The position numbers were made by a program, and so were the translations under genes. A model generated the notes under the pieces. That model ran no database searches and was not told the DNA's origin. It was given only the letters and a program-made list of their open reading frames with translations. A stretch of 64,000 nt of DNA from a candidate division WOR-3 bacterium (lineage in GTDB: Bacteria > Hydrothermota > Tepidihabitantia > SM23-42 > CAYGYG01). Location of the stretch: positions 32,001 to 96,000 of the forward strand of contig CBFGIV010000001.1 of assembly GCA_965648915.1 (NCBI GenBank). The letters are read 5' to 3'. Position 1 is the first letter of the stretch; every line of letters begins with the position of its first letter. Of this stretch, positions 51,216 to 60,253 are shown one piece after another.

Positions 51216-52040
51216 ATGATTAAGATTTTAAGGCACGAACTTATCGTTCCCAATATCCATCTGATGATGCTTGAAACCGACACTATTCACCGGAATGCCC
51301 GGGCAGGCGAATTCGTTGTGGTTCGGGCTGATGAATACGGAGAGCGGATTCCTCTGAATCTGATCGACTGGGATCAGCAGAGTATAACTACAATCTTTAT
51401 GGAAGTAGGAACATCAACCAGAAAACTAAGTAATCTTAAGGCCGGGGAGATGATTGCCGATCTGGCTGGTCCTTTAGGGCGACCGACGGAGATTGTCCAG
51501 GATAAGAGAATATTATGTATTGGGGGTTGTTATGGTATAGGTGCCCTCTATCCGGTTCTGCGAACTTTCAAGGAGAATCGAAACTTTATTATTACCGCAA
51601 TTGAAGCGCGAAGCAAGGGCCTATTATATTGGCAGGAGAGGCTGAAGATGTTCAGCGATGAACTATACGAGATTACCCGGGATGGGTCAAAGGGATTTAA
51701 GGGGCATATCAATGATTTTATTAACTTTTATCTTGCTCAAAACAGGGTCGATATGGTCTATGCTCAGGGCTGCACATATCTAACCTATCTGGTATCGGAG
51801 ACGACGCGACCTCACGCAATAAAGACAATTGTCGGACTGAATCCGATTATGATTGATGCAACCGGGATGTGCGGTGTCTGCCGTGTAATTATTGAGGGTC
51901 AAACCAAATTCGCCTGTGTTGATGGCCCGGAATTTGATGGCCATAAGGTTGACTGGCCCAACCTTTTAAACCGGCGTCATACCTATATTGAACAGGAGCG
52001 CAGATCATTGAGTTTCTATGAATGTGAACTATATGGTTAG
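51216..52040 (+). CDS. nfnA: NfnA/SudB-like FAD/NAD-binding [2Fe-2S] subunit
   Basis: GERIPL, GPLGRP, NPIMIDATGMCGVCRV, FACVDGPEFDGH. Confidence 0.85.
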   Translation: MIKILRHELIVPNIHLMMLETDTIHRNARAGEFVVVRADEYGERIPLNLIDWDQQSITTIFMEVGTSTRKLSNLKAGEMIADLAGPLGRPTEIVQDKRILCIGGCYGIGALYPVLRTFKENRNFIITAIEARSKGLLYWQERLKMFSDELYEITRDGSKGFKGHINDFINFYLAQNRVDMVYAQGCTYLTYLVSETTRPHAIKTIVGLNPIMIDATGMCGVCRVIIEGQTKFACVDGPEFDGHKVDWPNLLNRRHTYIEQERRSLSFYECELYG

Positions 52041-52072
52041 AGATTCAATTTCAAAATTGGAGCTTGATTCAT

Positions 52073-53473
52073 ATGGCGGGTAAGATTGAACCAAAGAAGA
52101 CTCCAATGCGTGAGCAGCGGCCGCAGGACCGTATACGAAATTTCGATGAAGTGCCTTATGGGTATAATGAAACCGAGGCGATTCAGGAGGCAAGAAGGTG
52201 TCTGCTCTGTAAAAAGCCGACCTGTGTCTCCGGTTGTCCGGTCGAGATCGATATCCCAGGTTTTATAAGACTGATTGCAGAAGGAGACTTTAAGGGTGCA
52301 ATAAAAAAGATGAAAGAGAAGAATGTCCTGCCGGCGATTTGCGGTCGGGTCTGTCCCCAGGAGGACCAGTGTGAGAAGGTCTGTGCCCTGGCCAAAAAAT
52401 TCGAACCGGTGGCTATCGGGCGACTGGAACGTTTTATTGCTGACTGGGAAGCAGCCCAGGGTGAAGTTGAAATTCCGGAAAGGCCAGTGCCAACCGGCAA
52501 GAGAGTGGCGGTTATCGGTTCCGGCCCTGGCGGACTGACCGCGGCTGGTGATCTGATTAAACTCGGTCACGAAGTCACTATCTTTGAAGCGCTCCACAAG
52601 CCGGGCGGGGTACTGGTTTATGGTATCCCCGAATTCAGATTGCCCAAGTCTATCGTCTATCGTGAGGTGGATTATCTATTAAAATGTGGTGTGAAACTCT
52701 ACTTAAATTTTATCGTCGGTAAGACCGCAACCATCGATCAGTTGTTAGAAGAATACCAGGCCATATATATAGGAACCGGTGCCGGTCTACCCTGGTTTAT
52801 GAATATTCCCGGTGAGAATCTAAATGGTGTTTATTCGGCAAATGAATACCTGACCCGCTCTAATCTGATGAAGGCCTACCTATTCCCAGAATATGATACA
52901 CCGATTATTAGAGGGAAAAATGTTGCAGTAATTGGTGGCGGGAATGTGGCTATGGACTGTGCTCGAACCGCCCTCCGGCTCGGTGCTAAAGAAGTCCATA
53001 TTGTCTATCGGCGATCAAAAGTAGAAATGCCGGCACGCATTGAAGAGATTGTGCGGGCTGAAGAAGAGGGAGTTATTTTTGACTATCTGACCCTCCCCGT
53101 GAAGCATATCGGCGATGAAAAAGGCTGGGTCAAAGAGATGGAGTGCTTAAAGATGCAACTGGGTGAACCTGATGCCTCAGGTCGCCGCAAGCCGGTTCCA
53201 ATTGAAGGCTCAAATTACATAACGCCGGTCGATATGGTTGTATGTGCTATTGGTCAGAGTCCCAATCCATTAATTCCGCAGACGACGCCGGACTTAAAAG
53301 TTGGCAAATGGGGTAATATTGAAGTTGATAAGGCAACGATGAAGACCTCCAAGAAAGGTTGCTGGGCCGGAGGGGATGTGGTGCGGGGTGGGGCAACAGT
53401 TATCCTTGCTATGGGCGATGCGAGGATTGCGGCAAAATCGATTAATGAATACCTCCAGACCGGGGTCTGGTAA
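52073..53473 (+). CDS. nfnB: NfnB/SudA-like NADPH oxidoreductase (glutamate synthase beta homolog)
   Basis: EARRCLLCKKPTCVSGCPV, CGRVCPQEDQCE, GGGNVAMDCAR, GGATVILAMG; directly follows nfnA; probable ATG 52073. Confidence 0.88.
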   Translation: MAGKIEPKKTPMREQRPQDRIRNFDEVPYGYNETEAIQEARRCLLCKKPTCVSGCPVEIDIPGFIRLIAEGDFKGAIKKMKEKNVLPAICGRVCPQEDQCEKVCALAKKFEPVAIGRLERFIADWEAAQGEVEIPERPVPTGKRVAVIGSGPGGLTAAGDLIKLGHEVTIFEALHKPGGVLVYGIPEFRLPKSIVYREVDYLLKCGVKLYLNFIVGKTATIDQLLEEYQAIYIGTGAGLPWFMNIPGENLNGVYSANEYLTRSNLMKAYLFPEYDTPIIRGKNVAVIGGGNVAMDCARTALRLGAKEVHIVYRRSKVEMPARIEEIVRAEEEGVIFDYLTLPVKHIGDEKGWVKEMECLKMQLGEPDASGRRKPVPIEGSNYITPVDMVVCAIGQSPNPLIPQTTPDLKVGKWGNIEVDKATMKTSKKGCWAGGDVVRGGATVILAMGDARIAAKSINEYLQTGVW

Positions 53474-53550
53474 GATTGTAGAGTCTAAGAGACTAAAAAC
53501 ATTAAGATTCAATTTCAGTATACTTTAATATGAAGAATTTGATTAATACA

Positions 53551-53655
53551 TCCCCTCCCTTGAGGGGAGGGGATAATGGGAGGGTGATCATTTCAATCTT
53601 TTTTCCACCCTCCACCTTAATCTTGGGGAGCCAAAACTCCTGTCAAGAGAAGGAG
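53551..53655. repeat. REP-like palindromic doublet
   Basis: TCCCCTCCCTTGAGGGGAGGGGA hairpin plus GGGAGGGTG, and an inverted degenerate partner starting CACCCTCC at 53606. Confidence 0.6.
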
Positions 53656-53713
53656 AAAAGGTAGAGAGGACTCAGCAAAATTCCCCTTGAAATTTTTTTA
53701 TGAATATTATAAT

Positions 53714-53840
53714 GAGCCTGTGGCTGGGCGAGAAATTAACTTTAATGGTGGCTGATCCTCCACTGCCACCTGAGGCTCCTGAGAAATACGAAGCCTCCCT
53801 GTGAACTTTTTGTCATAGACCATCTCACCCCTGGTTTACT
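53714..53840 (+). ncRNA. Structured non-coding RNA candidate (unassigned)
   Basis: Downstream of TTGAAA-15 bp-TATAAT. Closing stem GGGCGAGA/TCTCACCC encloses three hairpins (GGTGGC/GCCACC, GAGGCT/AGCCTC, CTGTGA/TCATAG). Confidence 0.5.
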
Positions 53841-53945
53841 CCTACTACCTGTGAATGAGAAAGGAATCAAATTTCTGATCACGATGTCCGGGACTATCAA
53901 CAAATCTCATATTGATTTTTAAAAAAACCTGATTACTATAATCCG

Positions 53946-55064
53946 GTGAAACTACTCAGTTTCCGTAAATTTTTTCCCATTACCAGGACGAAAACATATT
54001 TAAATCATGCTTCGACCGGGCCCTTGCCTTTAACCGCGGCGCGGGCAATTGAACAGGTTGTGCAAAAGTATCTCTACCAGGCTGATTTACCAATAGATAT
54101 TCTATGGAATGAATTTGAAGAAACGAGGAGAATTGTTGCTCATTTCATTGGTGCTTCAAAAGATGAAATCGCATTTGTCAAGAATACTTCCCAGGGGATT
54201 TTAATTGCGATGAATTCTATTCCCTTCAAAAAGGGTGACCAGGTGATTATTCTCACTGATGCCTTTCCGGCCAATCTCTATCCTTTTTACTATCTCTGGC
54301 CCGAAGTTGTAAAAAAATTCTTAAAAACTGGTGACGGAGCCGATTTTTTAAATCGGCTTAAAAGACTGGTTAATAAAAAGACCCGAGCGATCTCGATTGA
54401 CTGGGTTAACTGGCTAAGCGGTGTAAAACTTGATCTGGAAGAGATTGGAGATTTTTGTGTAAGGCATAACATTTACTTGATTGTTGATGCTATCCAGGGC
54501 CTGGGCGCACTGGAGATAGATTTAAAGAGACTTAATATTGATTTTCTGACCTGCGGATCTTCGAAATGGCTCTGCGGTCCACAGGGTATCGGTATCCTTT
54601 ATGTAAATAAAAGACGATTGGATGAACTGGTTCTCACCAATATCGGCTGGCTCAGTGCTGAAATAGAGAGTTTTCATAAATTCATTCCTCTGGGGCCACC
54701 AAAGCGAACCGCAGCCCGTTTTGAAGAGGGGACAAAGAATTTGATAGGTATCTGCGGACTTAAAGAATCGATCCGGATTCTTAAAAGGGCAGGGATAAAA
54801 AATATCGAAAAGCAGATTTTTGATTTAACCGATCGACTGCTTAACCACGCCCGGGAGAAGAAGTGCGAGATCCTCTCACCGTTCGCAAAATCGCTCAGAT
54901 CCGGAATTGTATCAATCCGTCCCCGAAATATGGATGTTGAAAATGTTTATCACCAGCTTAAGCGTGAAAAAATAGTCGTCTCGCTGCGCGAAGGCTGGCT
55001 GAGAATATCGCCCCATTTTTACAATACTGAATCGGAGATAAAAAAAATATTAAATTACTTTTAA
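53946..55064 (+). CDS. Class V PLP-dependent aminotransferase (cysteine desulfurase-like)
   Basis: YLNHASTGP, VDAIQGLG, SKWLCGPQG, RISPHFYNT. Confidence 0.9.
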   Translation: MKLLSFRKFFPITRTKTYLNHASTGPLPLTAARAIEQVVQKYLYQADLPIDILWNEFEETRRIVAHFIGASKDEIAFVKNTSQGILIAMNSIPFKKGDQVIILTDAFPANLYPFYYLWPEVVKKFLKTGDGADFLNRLKRLVNKKTRAISIDWVNWLSGVKLDLEEIGDFCVRHNIYLIVDAIQGLGALEIDLKRLNIDFLTCGSSKWLCGPQGIGILYVNKRRLDELVLTNIGWLSAEIESFHKFIPLGPPKRTAARFEEGTKNLIGICGLKESIRILKRAGIKNIEKQIFDLTDRLLNHAREKKCEILSPFAKSLRSGIVSIRPRNMDVENVYHQLKREKIVVSLREGWLRISPHFYNTESEIKKILNYF

Positions 55065-55074
55065 GAAGAAGAGA

Positions 55075-56148
55075 ATGAAAAAGTGCTACTTTAGATCGAT
55101 TCGTATTAAATCGTTGTTTACCCCTACCATTACCGGTTTGATTTTGATTTCGATTTCAGCCGCGAATGAGGCTAAGAAGGTGAAGAATATTGAGATCTGG
55201 CTCGACAATGGCGGAAGAGTTGATTGGTGTGCGGGTAATCAGTTGATTGCTTTCGATCGCAAAGGAGAAGATAGTTTTTATGATATTTATCTTATTAAAC
55301 CGGACCGGACCGGAGAGCGATGTATTACTAATATTCCTGATTTGCCGGTTAATAAACACATCGGGCAACCGGCCTGGCATCCTTCGGGTAAATATATTGT
55401 CTGCCAGGTGGAAAATGAGCACTCACGCGGCGGTGTCAATAACCAACCGAGTATGGGGTTGGATAATGACCTTTACATAATTGATCTTGAGAAAGAGATG
55501 GTCTGGCCACTAACTGATAATCCCGAAGGCTTTGCCGCACTCCACCCTAAATTTTCCCACGATGGTAAAAGATTACTCTGGGCAGAACGTTATGAAAGGG
55601 GAAAAGGTAGCCGCTGGGGACACTGGCGATTAAAACTGGCTGATATTATTATTGATTCTAATGGTGTGTATCTTACGAATATAAAAAACCTTGAACCCGG
55701 CGGTAAGGGCTGGTATGAAAGTCACGGGTTTTCTCGGGACGATAAGAAGATTTACTTCAGTGGAAATCTACTCGATTGGTGGAGTAATAATATTTACTGT
55801 TGTGGCCTGAATGGTGCTGATTTAACACCATTGACTCATGATGATAACATCTGGAATGAAATGGCTGAACTCTCACCCGATAATAGATGGATTGCATTTA
55901 TATCGAGCCGGCCTTTTAAGTGGAAAAAACGGCTGGGTTTTTTAACTTTAAAAACTGAGGTCTTTCTGATGGATACAACAGGCCAGAATATCCAGCAGAT
56001 AACATATCTTAATGATGACAAACATTCCTATTTGATCGGCGATCTGGCCTGGAGCCCGGATGGTAAGACAATTTTGGCCGTGGCATATGAACGCAAGAGT
56101 AAAAAGATGGTAACACTAAAAATTGAATTTGAAGAAGAGAAAAGATAG
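55075..56148 (+). CDS. Secreted TolB/PD40-like beta-propeller protein
   Basis: Signal-like N-terminus; PAWHPSG, PKFSHDG, LSPDNRWIAF and AWSPDG repeats. Confidence 0.75.
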   Translation: MKKCYFRSIRIKSLFTPTITGLILISISAANEAKKVKNIEIWLDNGGRVDWCAGNQLIAFDRKGEDSFYDIYLIKPDRTGERCITNIPDLPVNKHIGQPAWHPSGKYIVCQVENEHSRGGVNNQPSMGLDNDLYIIDLEKEMVWPLTDNPEGFAALHPKFSHDGKRLLWAERYERGKGSRWGHWRLKLADIIIDSNGVYLTNIKNLEPGGKGWYESHGFSRDDKKIYFSGNLLDWWSNNIYCCGLNGADLTPLTHDDNIWNEMAELSPDNRWIAFISSRPFKWKKRLGFLTLKTEVFLMDTTGQNIQQITYLNDDKHSYLIGDLAWSPDGKTILAVAYERKSKKMVTLKIEFEEEKR

Positions 56149-56157
56149 TTACCGGCA

Positions 56158-57186
56158 ATGATTGAAATAGACGGAAGTCATCTGGAAGGCGGTGGGCAGA
56201 TAATAAGAACCGCAATTGCGCTCTCGGTGATTACCCAGAAAGATATTCGAATTTTTAATATCCGAAAAGGAAGGGAAAAACCCGGCTTAAAACCACAACA
56301 CCTTGAAGGTATCAGGGCCGCCGCCAAGATTTGTGATGCCCGGGTTGAGGGCTTGACCTTGAATTCAATGGAAATCACTTTTCGCCCAGGAAAAATAAAG
56401 GGTGGAAGTTACACGATTGATACTAAGACAGCGGGTTCAATAACCTTGGTACTTCAGACTTTAACGCCAATTGGAATCTTTTCTGAATCAGACTTAAATT
56501 TAACAATCAAAGGCGGAACCGCGGTGCCATTTAGCCCAACGATCGAATATTTTCAAAATATTTTTTGTGCTTATTTGAATAAAATAGGGATTTCTATAAT
56601 TGTTGAGACTGAGCGCCATGGTTTTTATCCCGCAGGTGGGGGTGAGGTCAGGATAAATATTAAGCCCGGGGTTCTCAAAAATATTGATCTGCTCGAGCGT
56701 GGTGATTTAAAAGATATTGATGCCCTGGCCATTGCTTCCAACCATCTCCGGGAAGCCAGAGTTGCGGAGCGGATGATTCAGGGGTTCCAGCGATACTTCC
56801 CTGAGGCAAGGTACAAATACAGATATGTCGATGCTAAGTCACCGGGCTGTTTTATTGTGGGTCGTGCTCAATTTAAAAATTGCAAATTAGGGGCGGATGC
56901 GCTGGGGAGGCGCGGTGTGCCAGCAGAAAAGATCGGTGTTGAGGCGGGGCAGGAATTGAAAAAGGCGATTACTTCGGATGCGACCGTGGATATATGGCTC
57001 ACCGACCAGATTATTCCTTATATGGCCCTCGGGACAATTGCCACGAAAGAAATTTCACGAGTGCGAATTCCTGAATTAACGAGGCACGCGGCGACAAATA
57101 TCTGGGTGGTTTCCAAATTTCTGCCCGTAAGTTTCGTGGTTAAAGAAAATATTATGGGATGTGATTTAATCGATGCAAGTAATTGA
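56158..57186 (+). CDS. rtcA: RNA 3'-terminal phosphate cyclase
   Basis: IDGSHLEGGGQIIRTA, PGLKPQH, GFYPAGGG, DQIIPY, RHAATN. Confidence 0.93.
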   Translation: MIEIDGSHLEGGGQIIRTAIALSVITQKDIRIFNIRKGREKPGLKPQHLEGIRAAAKICDARVEGLTLNSMEITFRPGKIKGGSYTIDTKTAGSITLVLQTLTPIGIFSESDLNLTIKGGTAVPFSPTIEYFQNIFCAYLNKIGISIIVETERHGFYPAGGGEVRINIKPGVLKNIDLLERGDLKDIDALAIASNHLREARVAERMIQGFQRYFPEARYKYRYVDAKSPGCFIVGRAQFKNCKLGADALGRRGVPAEKIGVEAGQELKKAITSDATVDIWLTDQIIPYMALGTIATKEISRVRIPELTRHAATNIWVVSKFLPVSFVVKENIMGCDLIDASN

Positions 57187-57943
57187 AAGAGATTGGAACT
57201 GGTGGGCGTACTTCTGGCGGGTAATTTATCGCTCGACCCTGAAAGGAATTAATGAATGGGATAAAAAGGTTGTCGAGTTTATAATTAGGGTTTTAGGATG
57301 CCGAGAGGGTGACAGATTACTGGATTTAGGTTGTGGTAGTGGTGAACATACAAGGCTCCTTGCTCAACGAGGAATAAAATGTACTGGCATTGATATTGCA
57401 TCTTCCCTGATAAGATATGCAAAAAATAAGGCAAAAGAACAAAGATTAAGAGTTGAATATATTGTCGATGATATGAGAAAAATTGATTACGAAAATGAAT
57501 TCGATTTCTCTATAATGATTAGCGGCACATTTGGGTTTTTCGGTGATGAGGAAAATTTAAAACTTCTCCAGAAAATAAGCAAGGCATTAAAACCAGGGGG
57601 AAAACTATTTTTTGATATTAAGAATATTCAGCGAAAACAGCGATATGGTAAATCATGGATGGCGATAAATGGTGGTTATCTCCTGATAGATACCAGATTT
57701 GATGCACACAATAAAAGGGAGATCGGCGAATATTTTTTTATTGATAAGAAGGGAAGAATAAATACGATGGCCAAAGATATAGATAGAGAAGGTAATCGTA
57801 TCTATACCTTGAGAGATATCAAGTCTTTGCTACCGAGGGCTGGTTTGCATTCGGTCAAGGCCTATGAAGGTTATATCCTCCCCGCTAAAAAATATACAAA
57901 ATCCACTCAATCATCTACTATCGTTATTACCGCCAGAAAGTAA
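57173..57943 (+). CDS. Class I SAM-dependent methyltransferase
   Basis: LLDLGCGSGEH, GIDI, DDMR, LKPGG. Confidence 0.9.
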   Translation: MQVIERDWNWWAYFWRVIYRSTLKGINEWDKKVVEFIIRVLGCREGDRLLDLGCGSGEHTRLLAQRGIKCTGIDIASSLIRYAKNKAKEQRLRVEYIVDDMRKIDYENEFDFSIMISGTFGFFGDEENLKLLQKISKALKPGGKLFFDIKNIQRKQRYGKSWMAINGGYLLIDTRFDAHNKREIGEYFFIDKKGRINTMAKDIDREGNRIYTLRDIKSLLPRAGLHSVKAYEGYILPAKKYTKSTQSSTIVITARK

Positions 57944-58004
57944 AAAGCGAATAAATTTTCATATCACCACGGTTTAATATCGCTGACTTATTAATGATTC
58001 CACC

Positions 58005-58022
58005 ATTCTAACATGTTAGAAT
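58005..58022. repeat. Perfect 18-bp palindrome, copy 1
   Basis: ATTCTAACATGTTAGAAT. Confidence 0.9.
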
Positions 58023-58300
58023 ACTTGAATGCTTGACTTTACTACGGCTATGGGTATACTATGTACAGCATATAATATTATAATGATTTAACAGATAAGG
58101 AATAAGGATGGCAAACAAAATTCATATTATCATCTCTCCAAACTCGAAGGGCTTGAAATTGTAAGTTATGAAACAAGAGAAAATAGTGTTTATTACTGGA
58201 TAAAATATGAAAAGGAAGTGCAGGAAGTCTTAAATGCCCTGTCAAAATTTGTAAACCGCACATCGAAGGGTATTTACTATGAAACATAGTATATTCCAGT

Positions 58301-58318
58301 ATTCTAACATGTTAGAAT
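58301..58318. repeat. Perfect 18-bp palindrome, copy 2
   Basis: ATTCTAACATGTTAGAAT; its flanks match the reverse complement of copy 1. Confidence 0.9.
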
Positions 58319-58352
58319 GGTTGAATGACAGAATTGGGAAAGGAGAAAGGGT

Positions 58353-59123
58353 ATGGCTGGTGCTTCATTTGACCGGATTGCAAGGTTTTATGATTATGAG
58401 AATGAAGGATATAAGAAAGATATTGGCTTTTACTTAAAATATGCTAAGAATTGTGGGGGAGAAGTGCTTGAACTGGGTTGTGGAACCGGCCGGATTTTAA
58501 TCCCCATTGCGAAAAGGAGGATAAAGATAACCGGACTTGATATATCTGAAGAGATGCTGAAGATTGCCCGAAATAAAATTGCTCAATCGAAAGAAAATAT
58601 TCAGAAAAATATTGAACTTGTTCAGGGGGATATGAAGTCATTTAAATTAAATAAAAAATTCCCATTAATTTTCATTGCCTTTCGGTCTTTTCAGTCACTC
58701 CTGACTAAAAAAGAACAAGGCTCCTGCCTTGAGTGTGTGCATCAACATCTTAAAGAAAACGGGATTTTTATCCTTGACCTCTTTGCACCCAGGCATGATA
58801 TCCTGGCGCAGGTAAAGAGAAGAATATATATGGGAAGTTTTTATGACAAAGAAAACGGAGTCTATGTTTACCGTTGGGCGGAAGCCTGTTATGATCTTGC
58901 CAGGCAGACTCTTAAAGAAGACCGATTTTATGAATGGACGGATGAGAATGGTCAATTTCACCAAAAAGTCTGGACTTTTGAACTTGCTTATCTGTTCAGG
59001 TATGAAACTGAATTGTTACTTGAAAAATATGGTTTTAGTGTAGAAAATGTCTTTGGTGACTTTGATAAATCACCATATAATTACTATTCAGGTGAGCAGA
59101 TATTTGTAAGCCGAAGGGCATAA
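58353..59123 (+). CDS. Class I SAM-dependent methyltransferase
   Basis: VLELGCGTGR, GLDISEEML, GDMK; AAGGAG upstream. Confidence 0.9.
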   Translation: MAGASFDRIARFYDYENEGYKKDIGFYLKYAKNCGGEVLELGCGTGRILIPIAKRRIKITGLDISEEMLKIARNKIAQSKENIQKNIELVQGDMKSFKLNKKFPLIFIAFRSFQSLLTKKEQGSCLECVHQHLKENGIFILDLFAPRHDILAQVKRRIYMGSFYDKENGVYVYRWAEACYDLARQTLKEDRFYEWTDENGQFHQKVWTFELAYLFRYETELLLEKYGFSVENVFGDFDKSPYNYYSGEQIFVSRRA

Positions 59124-59203
59124 AGAAGAAATAGGTAGTACACCATATTGACTTTGATTAATTTTAAGTTATAATATTCTGACCTTAATTTTTTCAAGGA
59201 GAA

Positions 59204-60136
59204 GTGATGAAGAGAGATTTTATTTCGGTTGGTGATTTGATGCCAGAGGAGATCGCACAGGTCTTTGATCTGGCTGGGGATTTGAAGACAAAGACGAAGA
59301 AAGGTGTAGAACATAAGTTGCTCAAGGACTATACCCTGGCGATGATTTTTGAAAAACCTTCCCTCCGTACCCGTGTTACATTTGAAACGGGGATGACCCA
59401 GCTGGGCGGACATGCGATCTATCTTGCTCCGGCCGACATCCAACTGGGCAAACGGGAGTCGGTGCCTGATGTTGCCCGGAATTTGTCGCGCTGGGTCGAC
59501 TTGATAATGGCCCGAACCTTTGCCCATCAAACTGTACAAGAACTGGCAAGGTATGCAACGGTCCCGGTGATTAATGCCCTTTCCGATTTAGAACATCCCT
59601 GCCAGATCCTGGGAGATCTTTTGACCATCCTTGAACACAAAGGGAGACTTAAAGGGATAAATTTTGCCTATGTCGGGGATGGTAATAATGTCTGCAATTC
59701 TTTACTATTAGGTGCAGGTCTGGTCGGTATGAACATAAATGTCGGGACACCGAAGGGGTATGAACCAGCCCGGGAGATCATCGAAAAGGCAAAGGATTTT
59801 GCCCGAAAATCCGGTGCCCAGATAAACTTTTTTAATTCATCTAATGAAGCGGTGAAAGGTGCTGAGGTTATCTATACCGATGTCTGGGCATCAATGGGGC
59901 AGGAGGCGGAAATTGAAGTGCGCAGGAGAGTATTTAAGGACTTTCAGGTTAACGCTAATTTATTGAAATACTGCCGACAAGACTGCCTGATTATGCACTG
60001 TCTTCCCGCCCACCGCGGGGAGGAGATCACGGATGATATCATTGACGGCCCCAATTCGATCGTGCTGGATCAGGCCGAAAACAGACTCCACATCCAAAAG
60101 GCGATAATGGTGTGGTTGATCAAAGCGAAGCGGTAA
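59204..60136 (+). CDS. argF: Ornithine carbamoyltransferase
   Basis: FEKPSLRTR, HPCQIL, YTDVWASMG, MHCLPAHRG, QAENRLH. Confidence 0.95.
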   Translation: MMKRDFISVGDLMPEEIAQVFDLAGDLKTKTKKGVEHKLLKDYTLAMIFEKPSLRTRVTFETGMTQLGGHAIYLAPADIQLGKRESVPDVARNLSRWVDLIMARTFAHQTVQELARYATVPVINALSDLEHPCQILGDLLTILEHKGRLKGINFAYVGDGNNVCNSLLLGAGLVGMNINVGTPKGYEPAREIIEKAKDFARKSGAQINFFNSSNEAVKGAEVIYTDVWASMGQEAEIEVRRRVFKDFQVNANLLKYCRQDCLIMHCLPAHRGEEITDDIIDGPNSIVLDQAENRLHIQKAIMVWLIKAKR

Positions 60137-60139
60137 ATG

Positions 60140-60167
60140 TTGACGAATATTATCTTTTGGATATAAT
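60140..60167 (+). promoter_or_regulatory. sigma70-type promoter of tRNA-Glu
   Basis: TTGACG-16 bp-TATAAT, 8 nt before the tRNA. Confidence 0.7.
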
Positions 60168-60175
60168 CTTTTTAC

Positions 60176-60250
60176 GGCGCCATCGTCTAGCTGGACTAGG
60201 ACATCGCCCTCTCAAGGCGAAGATCACGGGTTCAAATCCCGTTGGCGCTA
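60176..60250 (+). tRNA. tRNA-Glu (anticodon CTC); CCA not encoded
   Basis: Acceptor stem GGCGCCA/TGGCGCT, anticodon arm TCGCC-CTCTCAA-GGCGA, T-loop GGTTCAAATCC. Confidence 0.95.
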
Positions 60251-60253
60251 TTT

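Noticed and set aside
52037..52597. Long antisense ORFs (also 6050..6574, 19422..19988, 24256..24798 and others)
   Set aside because: Shadow frames of well-supported genes on the opposite strand, with no motifs.
52073..53473. Calling this gene glutamate synthase
   Set aside because: No gltB large subunit is nearby; pairing with an NfnA/SudB-like gene favours NfnB/SudA.
58078..58287. 69-aa minus-strand ORF between the palindromes
   Set aside because: No SD, motif or recognisable homology; AT-rich chance ORF.
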